From Eledone cirrhosa (taxonomy: Eukaryota), in contig OZ024755.1 of NCBI GenBank assembly GCA_964016885.1, positions 41,850,001 through 41,914,000 of the forward strand: a DNA stretch of 64,000 bases. Reading direction: 5' to 3'. Numbering within the stretch: position 1 is the stretch's first letter; every line of letters starts with the position of its first letter. This document shows positions 38,961-50,530 of this stretch, in pieces. Made by a program: the position numbers and the translations under genes. Below the pieces are notes generated by a model, which worked only from the letters and a program-made list of their open reading frames with translations, did not search any database and had not been told where the DNA came from.

Positions 38961-39141
38961 TGTTTCTACTTTTGGCACAAGGCCAGCAATTACCCAGTGC
39001 ATTACTGGTACTTTATTTTATCGACCCCGTAAGGATGAAAGGCAAAGTCAACCTCGGCGGGATTTGAACTCTGATCATAAAGGGACGTAACTATGCTGGA
39101 AAGCATGGCGTCCGACCCTCTACCGATACTGCCAACCCACC
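38961..39141 (-). mobile_element. tRNA-SINE, apparently full length, with a 14-bp TSD GCAGTATAGATAAT
   Basis: TSD copies at 38947-38960 and 39142-39155; A-box-like tggcagtatcgg and B-box gagttcaaatccc on the minus strand. Confidence 0.9.
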
Positions 39142-39440
39142 GCAGTATAGATAATGCAAATGCGTTAGGCATATACAGGACAGTTAGGTAGGAAAACTGT
39201 CCTGTATATGCCTAACGCATTTGCACTGTCTATACTGCTTTAATTATTATACTATTCTCTTGTAATCTCTGTTACATGCATTCCACTCTGCGCCTCTTTA
39301 ATTATTATACAATTTTCTTGTAATCTCTGTCACATCCATTCCACTCTGTAAATACGAAACTGTTGATGACAACATTAATATCCATGTATCTATATGATTA
39401 TTCAGTTGAATAGGAAGTTAATTATATGTCCAAGCCTTGC

Positions 39441-39493
39441 TAGTGCTCCGAGGATTCCAAACGAAAGTTTGGAAGAAACGATTGTCAGCAATA
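39441..39493 (+). ncRNA. Hammerhead-like motif (U4C variant), mirrored on the minus strand at 38692-38744
   Basis: tgct-CCGAGGA-ttccaaac gaaa gtttggaa-GAAAC gatt GTC-agca: perfect 8-bp stem II, minimal helix III, GUC cleavage triplet. Confidence 0.65.
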
Positions 39494-39551
39494 AAATGAT
39501 TTGAACATAGTTTTGATTATTGTGTAATTTATATATATATATATATATACA

Positions 39552-40336
39552 CAATTAAGTTTAAAAATGTACATCTACATATGTATACTGAAATACTAGT
39601 ATGCATATGAATACACACACGTATACATATGTAGATGTACCAAGTTTTTTCACTGGTCACTTTACTGTGAGTGTCCAGCTATTCTGTATGTAAACACACA
39701 GACAAACCGGTTTTTAGAGTCATACTGGTTTTTGAGGAAACACCTTTCCTCTATTCTCCAGAAAGCCAGACAAGGAATATTGAACTAGTTTCGTTGTTGT
39801 TACAACTCATCAGCAATATTTACCTATCTCCCGGCCTTTCTGGAGAATCGTAAAAGCACATATCGTTATATGCTTTTTCTATGAAAATTAGTAGTGGGCA
39901 GACTAATTTGCATAGAGTGTGAGTACGTACCGGTTCAACGGAGACGATAAAAACAAATAACGAAACGAAATTAAATTTCGTTTCGTTTGTAACTCACTTT
40001 TGTTTGACTGACGCTTAAACAATTAAGTTAAAAAATGTACATCCACATATGTATACTGAAATACTAGTATGCATATGAATACACACACGTATACATATGT
40101 AGATGTACCAAGTTTTTTCACTGGTCACTTTACTGTGAGTGTCCAGCTATTCTGTATGTAAACACACAGACAAACCGGTTTTTAGAGTCATACTGGTTTT
40201 TGAGGAAACACCTTTCCTCTATTCTCCAGAAAGCCAGACCATATGTAGATGTACATTTTTTAACTTAATTGTTTAAGCGTCAGTCATACAAAAGTGAGTT
40301 ACAAACGAAACGAAATTTAATTTCGTTTCGTTATTT

Positions 40337-40340
<4 letters not shown>
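39552..40340. repeat. Compound direct and inverted duplication: ~220-bp direct repeat (39552-39770 / 40019-40238) and ~100-bp inverted repeat (39951-40051 / 40240-40340)
   Basis: Direct sequence comparison. Confidence 0.85.
39776..39820 (-). ncRNA. Minimal type-I hammerhead ribozyme, intact core
   Basis: Minus strand aatattg-CTGATGA-gttgt aaca acaac-GAAA-c ta g-TT-caatatt: 7-bp stem I, 5-bp stem II closed by G-C, palindromic ACTAGT helix III, GUU cleavage triplet. Confidence 0.85.
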
Positions 40341-40401
<61 letters not shown>

Positions 40402-40404
<3 letters not shown>

Positions 40405-40575
40405 CGTGTAAAATTCGCGAGATCCATGGACGAGTTCTCTCCACCGGTCTCTGTCCCTCATTATCGCTGCCATGTCCTGCGTCTCCAACAGACCAGTGTC
40501 TGTCCTTAGGGCCCCAACATACGTTAACCTTGGTCTTCCTCTTCCAGTGTGTCCAGTGTGCTCTATGTAGGCTAC
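40402..40575 (-). mobile_element. RTE-type LINE 3'-terminal fragment
   Basis: Translates GRGRPRLTYVGALRTDTG..MRDRDRWRELV, typical of the RTE C-terminus (GRP..W/Y...DR..WR). Confidence 0.7.
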
Positions 40576-40589
40576 TGAGCTTATTAGTA

Positions 40590-40783
40590 ATGTAATAAAC
40601 AACATAAAATAATTATTTCATTTACCAGTGGTTTCTTGAAGGCAGATATTATATCTGTCTTTTATTAAATATTTAATAAAAACACCATGTTATTTATTCA
40701 TTCTGACGACTGAAGACAGATATAATATCTACCTTCAAGGAACCACTGGCAAATGAAATAATTATCTTATGTTGTTTATTACA

Positions 40784-40784
<1 letters not shown>
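40590..40784. repeat. 72-bp inverted repeat containing a decayed hammerhead (40697-40757, +)
   Basis: 40590-40661 versus 40713-40784. The plus strand reads ttcatt-CTGACGA-stem-GGAAC cactg GCA-aatgaa; the other arm keeps GAAAC and GTA. Confidence 0.75.
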
Positions 40785-40858
<74 letters not shown>

Positions 40859-40920
40859 TAAAATAACAGATTAAAGTTTAAGCAAAGAATCGGTGCTTTC
40901 ACCCTTAACGGGATCTTCTG

Positions 40921-41015
<95 letters not shown>

Positions 41016-41504
41016 CGCGTGTGTGTATAAATATACATTAACTTATTGTAAATGCTGTAGAGAGGTTGTGAGGGGAGCCAGGATGAGGAAACAGGACACC
41101 ATGTGATACACAGGACACCATGTGATACACAGGACACCATGTGATTCCCTAGCTATTACTGCTATGCTAAATCTATCAGAGAGAGAATCGTATTTTCTCA
41201 CTTTGTAATCTTCATTAACGTAAATTATTAAAAGAAATATATCAGAAATAATAATTCAGAATTCATCATCATCCTCGTTTAACGTCCATTGTCCACACTA
41301 GCATGGGTTAGACGGGTTATCCCATTTGAGGTAGGTTGGGTCAGGTGACAGTGTCTGGCAGATATAAGACTGTCTCTGGCTAGGCCTCTACGGCTAGATA
41401 CCATTCCTAATACCAACAACTTTTCAAAATAGATCCAAACACATCTTTTAAACTTCGACGAAGAAACATTGAATTACAGGTTTATTTATTGGTTAGGTTA
41501 GGTT

Positions 41505-42325
41505 AGTATATATTAACTATAATATATGTTAACTATAGAATATGTTAACTATAATATATGTTAACTATAACATGTTAACTATAATATATGTTAATTATAA
41601 TATATGTTAACTATAATATGTTAACTATGATATATGTTAACTATAACATATGTTAACTATAACATATGTTAACTATAATATATGTTAACTATAACATATG
41701 TTAACTATAATATATGTTAACTATGATATATGTTAACTATAATATGTTAACTATAGAATATGTTAACTATAATATATGCTAATTATAATATATGTTAACT
41801 CTAATATATGTTAATTATAATATATGTTAACTATAGAATATGTTAACTATAGAATATGTTAACTATAACATATGTTAAGTTAGTAATATACTAAAAGTTA
41901 GGTTAGTATAGTACGTATAAACTATAGAATGTTAACTATAGAATATGTTAATTATAATATATGTTAACTATAATATATGTTAACTTTAATATATGTTAAC
42001 TATAATATATGTTAACTATAGAATATGTTAACTATAACATATGTTAAGTCAGTAATATAGTAAAGGTTAGGTTAGTATAGTACATATAAACTATAAAATG
42101 TTAACTATAGAATATGTTAACTATAATATATGTTAACTATAACATATGTTAAGTTAGTAATATAGTATAGGTTAGGTTAGTATAGTATATATTAACTATA
42201 GAATATGTTAACTATAATATATGTTAACTATACTATATGTTAACTATAGTATATGTTAAGTATAATATATGTTAACTATAGAATATGTTAACTATAGAAT
42301 ATGTCAAGTTAGTAATATAATATAT
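41505..42325. repeat. 16-bp minisatellite (tatgttaactataata) with interspersed ggttaggttag blocks
   Basis: Direct reading. Confidence 0.92.
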
Positions 42326-42362
42326 TGTGAAATATTTCAAGAAATCTAATGAACTCCAAGAA

Positions 42363-42495
42363 ATAATTGTTTCTACTTTTGGCACAAGGCCAGCAATTAC
42401 CCCAGTACGTTACTGGTACATTATTTTATCGATTCCGTAAGGATGAAATGCAAAGTTAACCTCGGCGGGATTTGAACTCACATCATAAAGGGCCG
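42363..42495 (-). mobile_element. 5'-truncated tRNA-SINE
   Basis: Same family as 38961-39141. Confidence 0.8.
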
Positions 42496-42753
42496 TATGG
42501 AAAGTAGAATCACGCGGAATTCAACAATTCAAAACAATTTCTATTTTAACCTCATATTTCCCTCATATTTCATGTTCTATTGACCCCAATATATCCCGAA
42601 ATATCAGGTAAAACAATATATCCCGAAATCTCAGGTAAAATGAGATTACCCGAAATCTCAGGTAAAACTGTAAAATATTGTCACACTTTTAACTCATTTA
42701 TTTCAAATTAGCTTTCTTCTTGATTTCCTAAAACAGTTTTAACTTTAACTTAC

Positions 42754-42854
42754 CTTTTGGCAAATTGTAAAATAATTTCAATTTCATTGTTGGGCAGCAA
42801 CCGTCCAGTTGGGTTGTTGGGGTTGATAACTATTATACCCTTAATTGTGTAACC
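42754..42854 (-). CDS. ACCS: ACCS-like exon 2: GYTIKGIIVINPNNPTGRLLPNNEIEIILQFAK
   Basis: cttcAG acceptor, 101 nt (phase 0 to 2), GTaag donor; carries the aminotransferase class I NPxNPTG motif. Confidence 0.95.
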
Positions 42855-43009
42855 CTGAAGTTTAAAGTGATTGAAAATAGATTATTAACGATAAATATTG
42901 TATTATTTCGTGCAATTGATTTTATGAACGAATCTAAATTGAAACAAATCTTACCTTAAACATCTCATATATGCTGTGCTCTTGTATAAATATCTATTTA
43001 ATTAATTAG

Positions 43010-43067
<58 letters not shown>

Positions 43068-43068
<1 letters not shown>

Positions 43069-44218
43069 TAGCAGTGTATCCCGGCGCTGCACGGATAAGA
43101 ACATTGGTAATAGCACCTCCAATGAGAAACGTTTGTTTGTGAGTGCCTGTTAAAAACTCACAGAAATATATCGACAGGAAACTTGTTATATTTTGAGAAA
43201 ATTAAGAAGTTGAAAGTACAGTTTAGCTGTCTACGTGCATTGTTCATAGAAATATTGTTGAGCCCCTTCTTTTCATACTCCTCTGTTTTGGCCTTTTGGA
43301 GTAAATGTGAAAGAGAAAGTCACAGGTTAAGTTGGCAGAAGCTTCCAGTGCAATAGCAGTAAGGCGTAGGCTACTTACCTCAAGAGTTCATTCGCACTCT
43401 TTCCACTAAGTTACTCTTTCTCTCTATCCCTCTCGTTGCAGTCCCTTGCGAATTTCTTGCGAAGGCCTGGTGTAGATTTGCACCCGATCCATCTACCCGA
43501 TGCACATGTCCGCTTTTTACGGCTTTTGGAGGAAGAAGTGACCAGCAGTACGTTGTTCGGTATTATTACGAAAAGGTGTAGCAGAGAATCCCGCGTGAAC
43601 TAACAGCTCGGGAGGAAACTGCTCACCTCGAAGATTCATTTGCCATCGTTCTTGTCAATGCTCTGTTTAGTTGGTATTTGTTGGTCTACAGTTAGATGAA
43701 TGGCGCACAAAGGGTTAATGTTTATTGGCAAAAAGTGGCAACTGGGTGGCTTGCCTCGCTTATATTATATATTAAAATAACAGATTAAAGTTTAAGCAAA
43801 GAATCGCTGCTTTCACCCTTAACGGGATTTTCTGAAACTAAAAAAATCAATCTGTGAACGCAGAAGTAAATATTTCGAAAAACGTTGCAACCGAAAGAAA
43901 ACAGGAAGACGATACTTTGGTTCGTGAACGGAAAATAGCGAACATAATACGTCATCAATGTTCGTCACAATGTCGTAATGCAGACAGTCAGGCTTACAGA
44001 CAGATATTATAAGGGCGCGACGGTGTTGGATAACCGGCGCCTAACACCCCTTTAACAACAGAAAATTGAAAAATAAAAGCTGCAGTTGATATCTTTAGAC
44101 CGCAAGGAATATATAAATGCAAGTTTGAAGTCAATCGGAGAAGAAATGTGGATTTGTATAGACTTTGTAAAAATGAGGACACATACAAACACAGACAACT
44201 ACAGTTTTATATATATAT
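43068..44218 (-). mobile_element. Non-autonomous Helitron-like element inserted in (TA)n
   Basis: The minus-strand 3' end has an imperfect hairpin (tatccgtgcagcgccgggata) then CTAG at 43068-43071. The 5' end, tatataaaactgtagttgtctgtgtttgt, resembles Helitron 5' termini. Confidence 0.6.
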
Positions 44219-44255
44219 ATAAGGATTATGAGTTCATGCAATTGACTTATGTTTC

Positions 44256-44327
<72 letters not shown>

Positions 44328-44340
44328 AATAATAACAGGT

Positions 44341-44636
44341 AGACATCATAAAAAGGTAATTTATTCCGAGTGTTTACAAATGTTTCAACAGTAGTTATAC
44401 AGCCTAGTCATGCTATGTGCAATTGATAATTAATAATTATTTGATTGCAGAAACTCAATTTTCAAATGCTGCGACTACCATTCTGCTCTGAGGAAATGGT
44501 AGTCGCAGCATTTGAAAATTGAGTTTCTGCAATCAAATAATTATTAATTATCAATTGCACATAGCATGACTAGGCTGTATAACTACTGTTGAAACATTTG
44601 TAAACACTCGGAATAAATTACCTTTTTATGATGTCT
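44341..44636. repeat. Apparently perfect palindrome (142-bp arms, 12-nt loop) whose loop and right arm form a hammerhead core
   Basis: 44341-44482 is the reverse complement of 44495-44636. CTGAGGA at 44488-44494; stem II aatggtagt/actactgtt; GAAAC attt GTA at 44591-44602. Confidence 0.9.
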
Positions 44637-44819
44637 GGATTGGCACTATCGGTAGAGGGTCGGACGCCATGCTTTCCAGCATAGTTACGTCCCTTTACGA
44701 TCTGAGTTCAAATCCCGCCGAGGTTGACTTTGCCTTTCATCCTTACGGGGTCGATAAAATAAAGTACCAGTAATGCACTGGGTAATTGCTGGCCTTGTGC
44801 CTAAAGTAGAAACAATTAT
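44637..44819 (+). mobile_element. tRNA-SINE, near full length
   Basis: tggcactatcggtagag..gagttcaaatcccgccgagg..gccttgtgcctaaagtagaaacaatta. Confidence 0.88.
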
Positions 44820-45097
44820 TCATTCTTTATCTACACTCCGGAATACAGAAGGATCAGAAACTGAATTTTTCCGACTATTCTTCCATAACTCGTTGAGTAA
44901 CCCCTCGCCGTACGTCAACTCTATCTAGTGTAGTAATTAACCATTACTGCATTCAGGATAACCCTAAGCATTTCTTGCATAACCTAATATATATATATAT
45001 ATAATTAAAAATTGAACAACACAGTATATAACTACTCCATTACCAAAGGTTTCAGGACCCTAGACAATATTAATATACGCCTCGTTCATCAGACATG

Positions 45098-45169
<72 letters not shown>

Positions 45170-45235
45170 CTTGACAAATATATACCTTAAATATCTGATA
45201 TACATTATGCTCTTATATATCTATCTAATTACGTG

Positions 45236-45290
<55 letters not shown>

Positions 45291-48200
45291 CTAGACCACC
45301 CGTGACCCGTTGGGTCATGTTCACTTAAAAATAATTTTTAAATAATTAAAATATACACAAAATGTATATTATGTAAAATGACATTGGAAAGCCAATATAT
45401 ATATACGTGTATGTGTGTGTGTGTATGTACGTGTATATATATATGTGTGTTTGTGTGTGTGAGTGTCTGTGGCCTATATACACTGGTCCAAGTGTAAAAC
45501 TTTGACACATCGGCATAATACAATGTTTTTGCAAACGGATCGCGATCGCAAAGATCCATGAACTCAGTCGGAGTCGTCTTAGCCATGTTATTGTTTACTT
45601 TAACAGCAGCATTGACCCGAAAGAAGATTTGATTTTCCTCAGGTAGATGAACTTGAAGGCGAACTACGGCCGGTTCTCTCTCATGAATTGGAAATCCAAG
45701 TACCAAGGCAACAGCTTCTGAAGGACCGATATATCTTCCTGTTAAATACTGTATTATCTCATCTTCCCTGTTCACTCCAAACATTGCCTGATCACTGCCC
45801 TTCATGATGTATTTGATAACGTATTTGATCGATTTCATAGAAGAGCACATCTCTGCGTTTAGGTGGCAGTTGAACAGTTTTAATAGTTTCATATTGTAGG
45901 GAACCACCCATTCCGAAGTTATATTTCAGCTTCCCCTTCCTTCTTGGTGTCCCTCAAATACTCCCATTCCTGGAGACCATCTTCTCTACACAAGGTAAGA
46001 GTCCTCTCCACACAATGTATATTCACTGAAAGGCTTAAGGTACCGCTTACTGCACGTTCCATCTTTCCAACACGGCGAATTGTTAGAGCAATTCGGACCG
46101 TGGATCATGTGCTTCAGCACCAATTCATGGCCCTCTGGATCTTTGTTTGGATCTGGTATTTCGGCTTGAACAAATTTACCATATTCCTGCAGTCTGGGCT
46201 TGGAGGCTTCTTTGAGCCATAGCAAACAGTTCACATGAGGAAGACCTCGCTTTTGACATTCGACTGTCAGCACGTAAGCAATGCACGTGCCAAATAGGCG
46301 ATCTACTCCAGTAAGATACTTTCTTAACAGTTTCCGCTTCAGGTCAAATACTCAGTCAATTATATCTGGCCTGTCATGTGGCTTCTGATTCAGGAATAGG
46401 TTTTGCCGGATTTCGGGCCAGTTTGGATTGCATGTCATTGTGATGAAGAACGAAGGATTGCCGTACTTCCGTATGTACACCATGGCATCCTAGCATCGCT
46501 CCATCATATATCTCGGTCCACCGACAAATGTGGAAGAGAGTATGATTCGCCTGCCAATATTGCAAAAATCGTCATCATCATTCAATGCGTCAGTAAGGCC
46601 CTTGTATGTTGTAGATCGCAATGATGTTTGATTCATTCGGATGTATTGCAGTCTATCTCCTTCAATCTTCGCAGCCATGTCAACCAAATATTGCTGAAAT
46701 AAACGATCGCCTCTGAGAAGTTGGTTGAATTTATTCTCATGGTTCATTATTCGATAGGCATAGTAGCGCATTGGCGTGAACTACTTGTTGTTGCTCTTTA
46801 ACAGCTCATGATGCCATCCGTCATCGCCAAAAGGAAAAAATAGAACATACTGCAAACTGTCATAAGACCGATGGGACTGAGATTATTTGCAATTGTCCGC
46901 CTTTTTCTTTTAACACTATGTGCCGTGTTTTTGCTTGAAGTTCGGTGCTGTTTTGTATAATAACGGCAACTTCGTTTGCAGTTTGTGCATTGAATCTTCT
47001 CTCATGTTCCATTGCTGGTCTCCTATCAGGATCAATAATAATCGAAGCTTCAGGAATATTTTTAATTTGTTCTTTTGCCATTCGAAATGAAGCAACGTAG
47101 GGTTATATTGTCTGAGTATTATTTCCAATAATTCAACTATGTCGCAATGAATGCCATCGTTATGGAGTATCCTGATCCTCAAATCAACACTATCCTGAGG
47201 ATCTTAAAAGTAAATTTGAAGAAATTGCGGTTGTTCGTTGGGATTAGGGGTTAAGGAACTGATGTAATGGTGAATTTGACCATGAATAACGATAGAAGGA
47301 TTCCATCCACTCCTTGAGGAACGAACTTCTTCGGCCCCAAAAGATGTCATTTGGAACAGGCAGTTATATTGTCTGAGGTTCTTCCTGAACTCGTTTGCCC
47401 TAGGTTGATCAGTACTAAATAAACTGTGAAGTTCCTGGGGTAAAGGCTGCAGATTCCCAACCTGACTTTTCCATTCATACAGCAAAAGTTAGCAGTTTCA
47501 CCATGAAAAAGCATTGCATGACAACAGACACAGATCTTATTCATCTGTCCAACATCAGCAGAGAGGTCACGTCGTTGAACTGTCCTTGCTCTATCCCTAA
47601 TGGTTTGTTGGCAAAGACGTTCAGTTCTCCGAGCGTCCGATTCATGATTTCTCGTGCTTCTGTCTCTTTCCCTTTGTTCCGCCAGATGCTCAGCTCTCCG
47701 ACCATCCGATGCATGATCTCTCCTGCTTCTGTCTCTTTCCCTCTGTTCCGCCAGACGCTCAGCCCTTGCTTTATCAGTCTCATCGATCCTTCTATTCGCA
47801 TGCCTGTCCCGAGCTTGTTGGCGTTGACCACTTTCTTGCTCACCATCTTCGGCTCTTCTTAGCCGTGCTTTCTTTCCACTATCGATAGACCAACCAGATG
47901 TTTTCTTTCTTCCTCGTCGAGGCATTATTTAAGAATAGAAAATCGTATTCACCTTAGAAAAAATTCCTATTACCTCAACAAATATTTTTTTTAAATCATC
48001 ATTTAGAAATATTTCTAAATAATGAAAATATTGTCTGTTTAAACAACTCGTATTTTTCAAATCATATTCACTTAAAAAATACTTATTAATAATTAAAATA
48101 TTCTGTTTAAAGAAAGCTGAAATATATATACTCAATGTACAAATAATTTGTATTTTTTAAGTCATTTTCACTTAAGAATATTTTTTAAATATGCCAAGAA

Positions 48201-49382
48201 ATATTTTTTCCATCGTATTCACTTGAAAATAATTTAAAAAAAATGAAGATATTGTCTATGTAAATAAAGCTATTTGTGAAATCAAATTCACTTTAAAATA
48301 TTTCTAAATAATTGAAATATTCTTTTTAACAAAAGCAAAAATATAAAACACCTACTGTTTAACACCAACTGGTATTTTTCAGTCATATTCACTTAATGCT
48401 TTTCTGATAATTAAAATATCGTCTGTTTAAAGAAAGCTCGAATATAGATACTTGAAGTACAAACAACTTGTAGTTTTGAAATCATATTCACTGAGAAATC
48501 ACTGAAAAATCTTTTTTTTAATAATTATTAAAAATATTTCTCGAATGATGAAAATAGTTTATGACGATTTACGTCAAACCTATTTTATCCCCATTTCAGG
48601 GTTATGTCACTTACAGGGCTATTTCTCCATTATGCACCGTTTTGGATATTTATGAAGGTATCCTACACACACACATATATATATATATGTCTCTAACTTA
48701 AGTACACACTTGTCTCTAAGTACGTAAACACATGCACTGGCACACACACACATACAGATACACACGGTGGCAGTAGAACTGTGAAAGAGGGAGAAAGAAA
48801 TGACGTTATGGATAGGGGGAGAGTTAGAATAAATAAAAGTTAAGGACGCTGTCTCTTTCCCTATCTGTCATCCCCCTCTCTTTCTCTCATCTCTTTATTC
48901 TCTCTCTCATCCCCTCACTCTTTCTCTCTCACCCCCTCTCTGACTCTCTTACCTACAGAATGGACAACTAAAAAATAAATGGATTATTTCTTTCGATATT
49001 CATTATAAAATAAGATAAATTGAATTTAGATGAATTCCTTGCTATTTTTTGAAAATTGAAAATATTGTCCATGTCCGATTTACGCAAAACTTGTTTTATT
49101 CAGAGTATTTTCTCATTATGCAATGTTTTGGCTATTTACGAAGTTTTGCAGGGTTATGTTAATTTCGGGGTATTTTCCCAGTATGCACCGTTATGGCTAT
49201 TTACGAAGGTACCTCCAAAACCCGCGAATCTCGGAAACCAGGGGTCCGATTTTCGCGAAACTTGTTTTATTCAATTTGTATTTCCATTTCAGAGGCAACT
49301 TGCTTTCAAAGTATTTACCCATTATGCGCCCTTTTGGCTGTATTACATAACAGACAAGCAAGCACGCAAGATCAGAGTTTAC
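45291..49382 (-). mobile_element. Helitron with a degenerate Rep (HUH) coding region and no helicase; intact 3' hairpin and CTAG
   Basis: Minus-strand ORF fragments 47925 to 45480 include CCMNGKV, FRKNLRQYNCLFQMTSFG, LFQQYLVD, ILSSTFVGGPRYM, ECQKRGLPHVN and KYVIKYIMKG. 3' end is tgacccaacgggtca..CTAG (45291-45294). The 5' boundary is approximate. Confidence 0.9.
45480..47925 (-). pseudogene. Helitron RepHel N-terminal and Rep domain, frameshifted, truncated before the PIF1 helicase
   Basis: Collinear ORF track fragments 47347-47925, 47204-47485, 46860-47182, 46490-46771, 45986-46273, 45338-45907. Confidence 0.88.
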
Positions 49383-49461
49383 CAGCAAGTACCCAGTACA
49401 TTACTGGTACTTGATTTTATCGAAACATAAGTCAATTGCATGAACTCGTAATCCTTTATTT

Positions 49462-49517
49462 ACTGCTATATATATTTCGATGATAGCCATTGAATGGCTA
49501 TGACCTCATCAGGCAGT
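49462..49517 (-). ncRNA. Minimal type-I hammerhead ribozyme, intact core
   Basis: Minus strand actgc-CTGATGA-ggt c atagccat tca atggctat c atc-GAAA-t atat a-TA-gcagt: 5-bp stem I, long stem II closed by G-C, 2-bp helix III with a palindromic loop, AUA cleavage triplet. Confidence 0.82.
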
Positions 49518-49576
49518 TAGTCAGTTCTTAGATATGCCAGCTCTGTGTTTTTGGTGTTGATGGTTTCAGAGCCTTG

Positions 49577-49647
<71 letters not shown>

Positions 49648-50067
49648 GTGACACACCCACATATATATATATATTACGTAACATATATAGCTATTTTCTG
49701 TAAAAAGTTAATTGAGTGGAAACAAAACATGTCCATATATTATGGTTCCAAGACTTAAAATCTATTGAAAAGAGGTACTTGTACTTGTACATATTAACAT
49801 GAACTAGAGAGAGATAAAAACATGAAAGTTATTTGTACTTCCTTCCTTTCCCTCAATAAACAGAGCAATGTTATCAATGTGAAATATGTGCTTGGTTTTG
49901 TTGAGGATTTCCCGCTTTGGCAGCTATCAACTTTATTATAAATTTCAATTATATTTTTCCACATTTTGAAATAGAAACTTGTAAAGTTCAGGAATGAAGG
50001 TCTAATTCTCTACTTGTATTTGAAAATTAAGAATTGATATGAAGTAACAACATCTTTAGAACAACAC

Positions 50068-50530
50068 TAATTGTTTCTACTTTTGGCACAAGGCCAGCAT
50101 TTATCCCAGTGTATTACTGGTGCTTTATTTTATCGACACCGTAAGAGGGTTAGACGCCATGCTTTGCAGCAAAGAGTTACGGCCCTTTACGGTCTGAGTT
50201 CAAATCCCACCAAGGTTAACTTTGTCTTTCATCCTTACGGGGTCGATAAAATAAAGTACCAGTAATGTGCTGGATAATTGCTGGCCTTGTGCCAAAAGTA
50301 GAAACAATTATTATTATTGCTGCATTACTATTTTGATACAGTATATATAATTGTTTATACTTTTTGGCACAAGGCTAGCAATTACCCAGTGTATTACTGC
50401 TACTTTATTTTATCGACCCCGTAATGATGAAAGGGAAAGTTAACCTCGGCGGGATTTGAACTCAGAATAGCAAGGACCGTAACTCTATGCGTTAAAGCAT
50501 GGCGTCCGACCCTCTACCGATACTGCCAAT
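50068..50530. mobile_element. SINE cluster: inverted 3' fragment fused to a + copy (50068-50312), followed by a - copy (50348-50530)
   Basis: Same SINE consensus in alternating orientation. Confidence 0.85.

Larger units (their letters stand above)
38664..39521. repeat. Foldback palindrome (~330-bp arms, 9-nt loop at 39186-39194), left arm interrupted by a SINE
   Basis: The arms are reverse complements once the SINE (38961-39141) and one TSD copy are removed. Confidence 0.92.

Noticed and set aside
41490-42182. Telomeric (TTAGG)n
   Set aside because: Only 2-3 copies at a time, embedded in a minisatellite.
44640-44720. tRNA gene
   Set aside because: A- and B-box-like motifs are present, but the sequence continues into the SINE body, and other copies have TSDs; no full cloverleaf.
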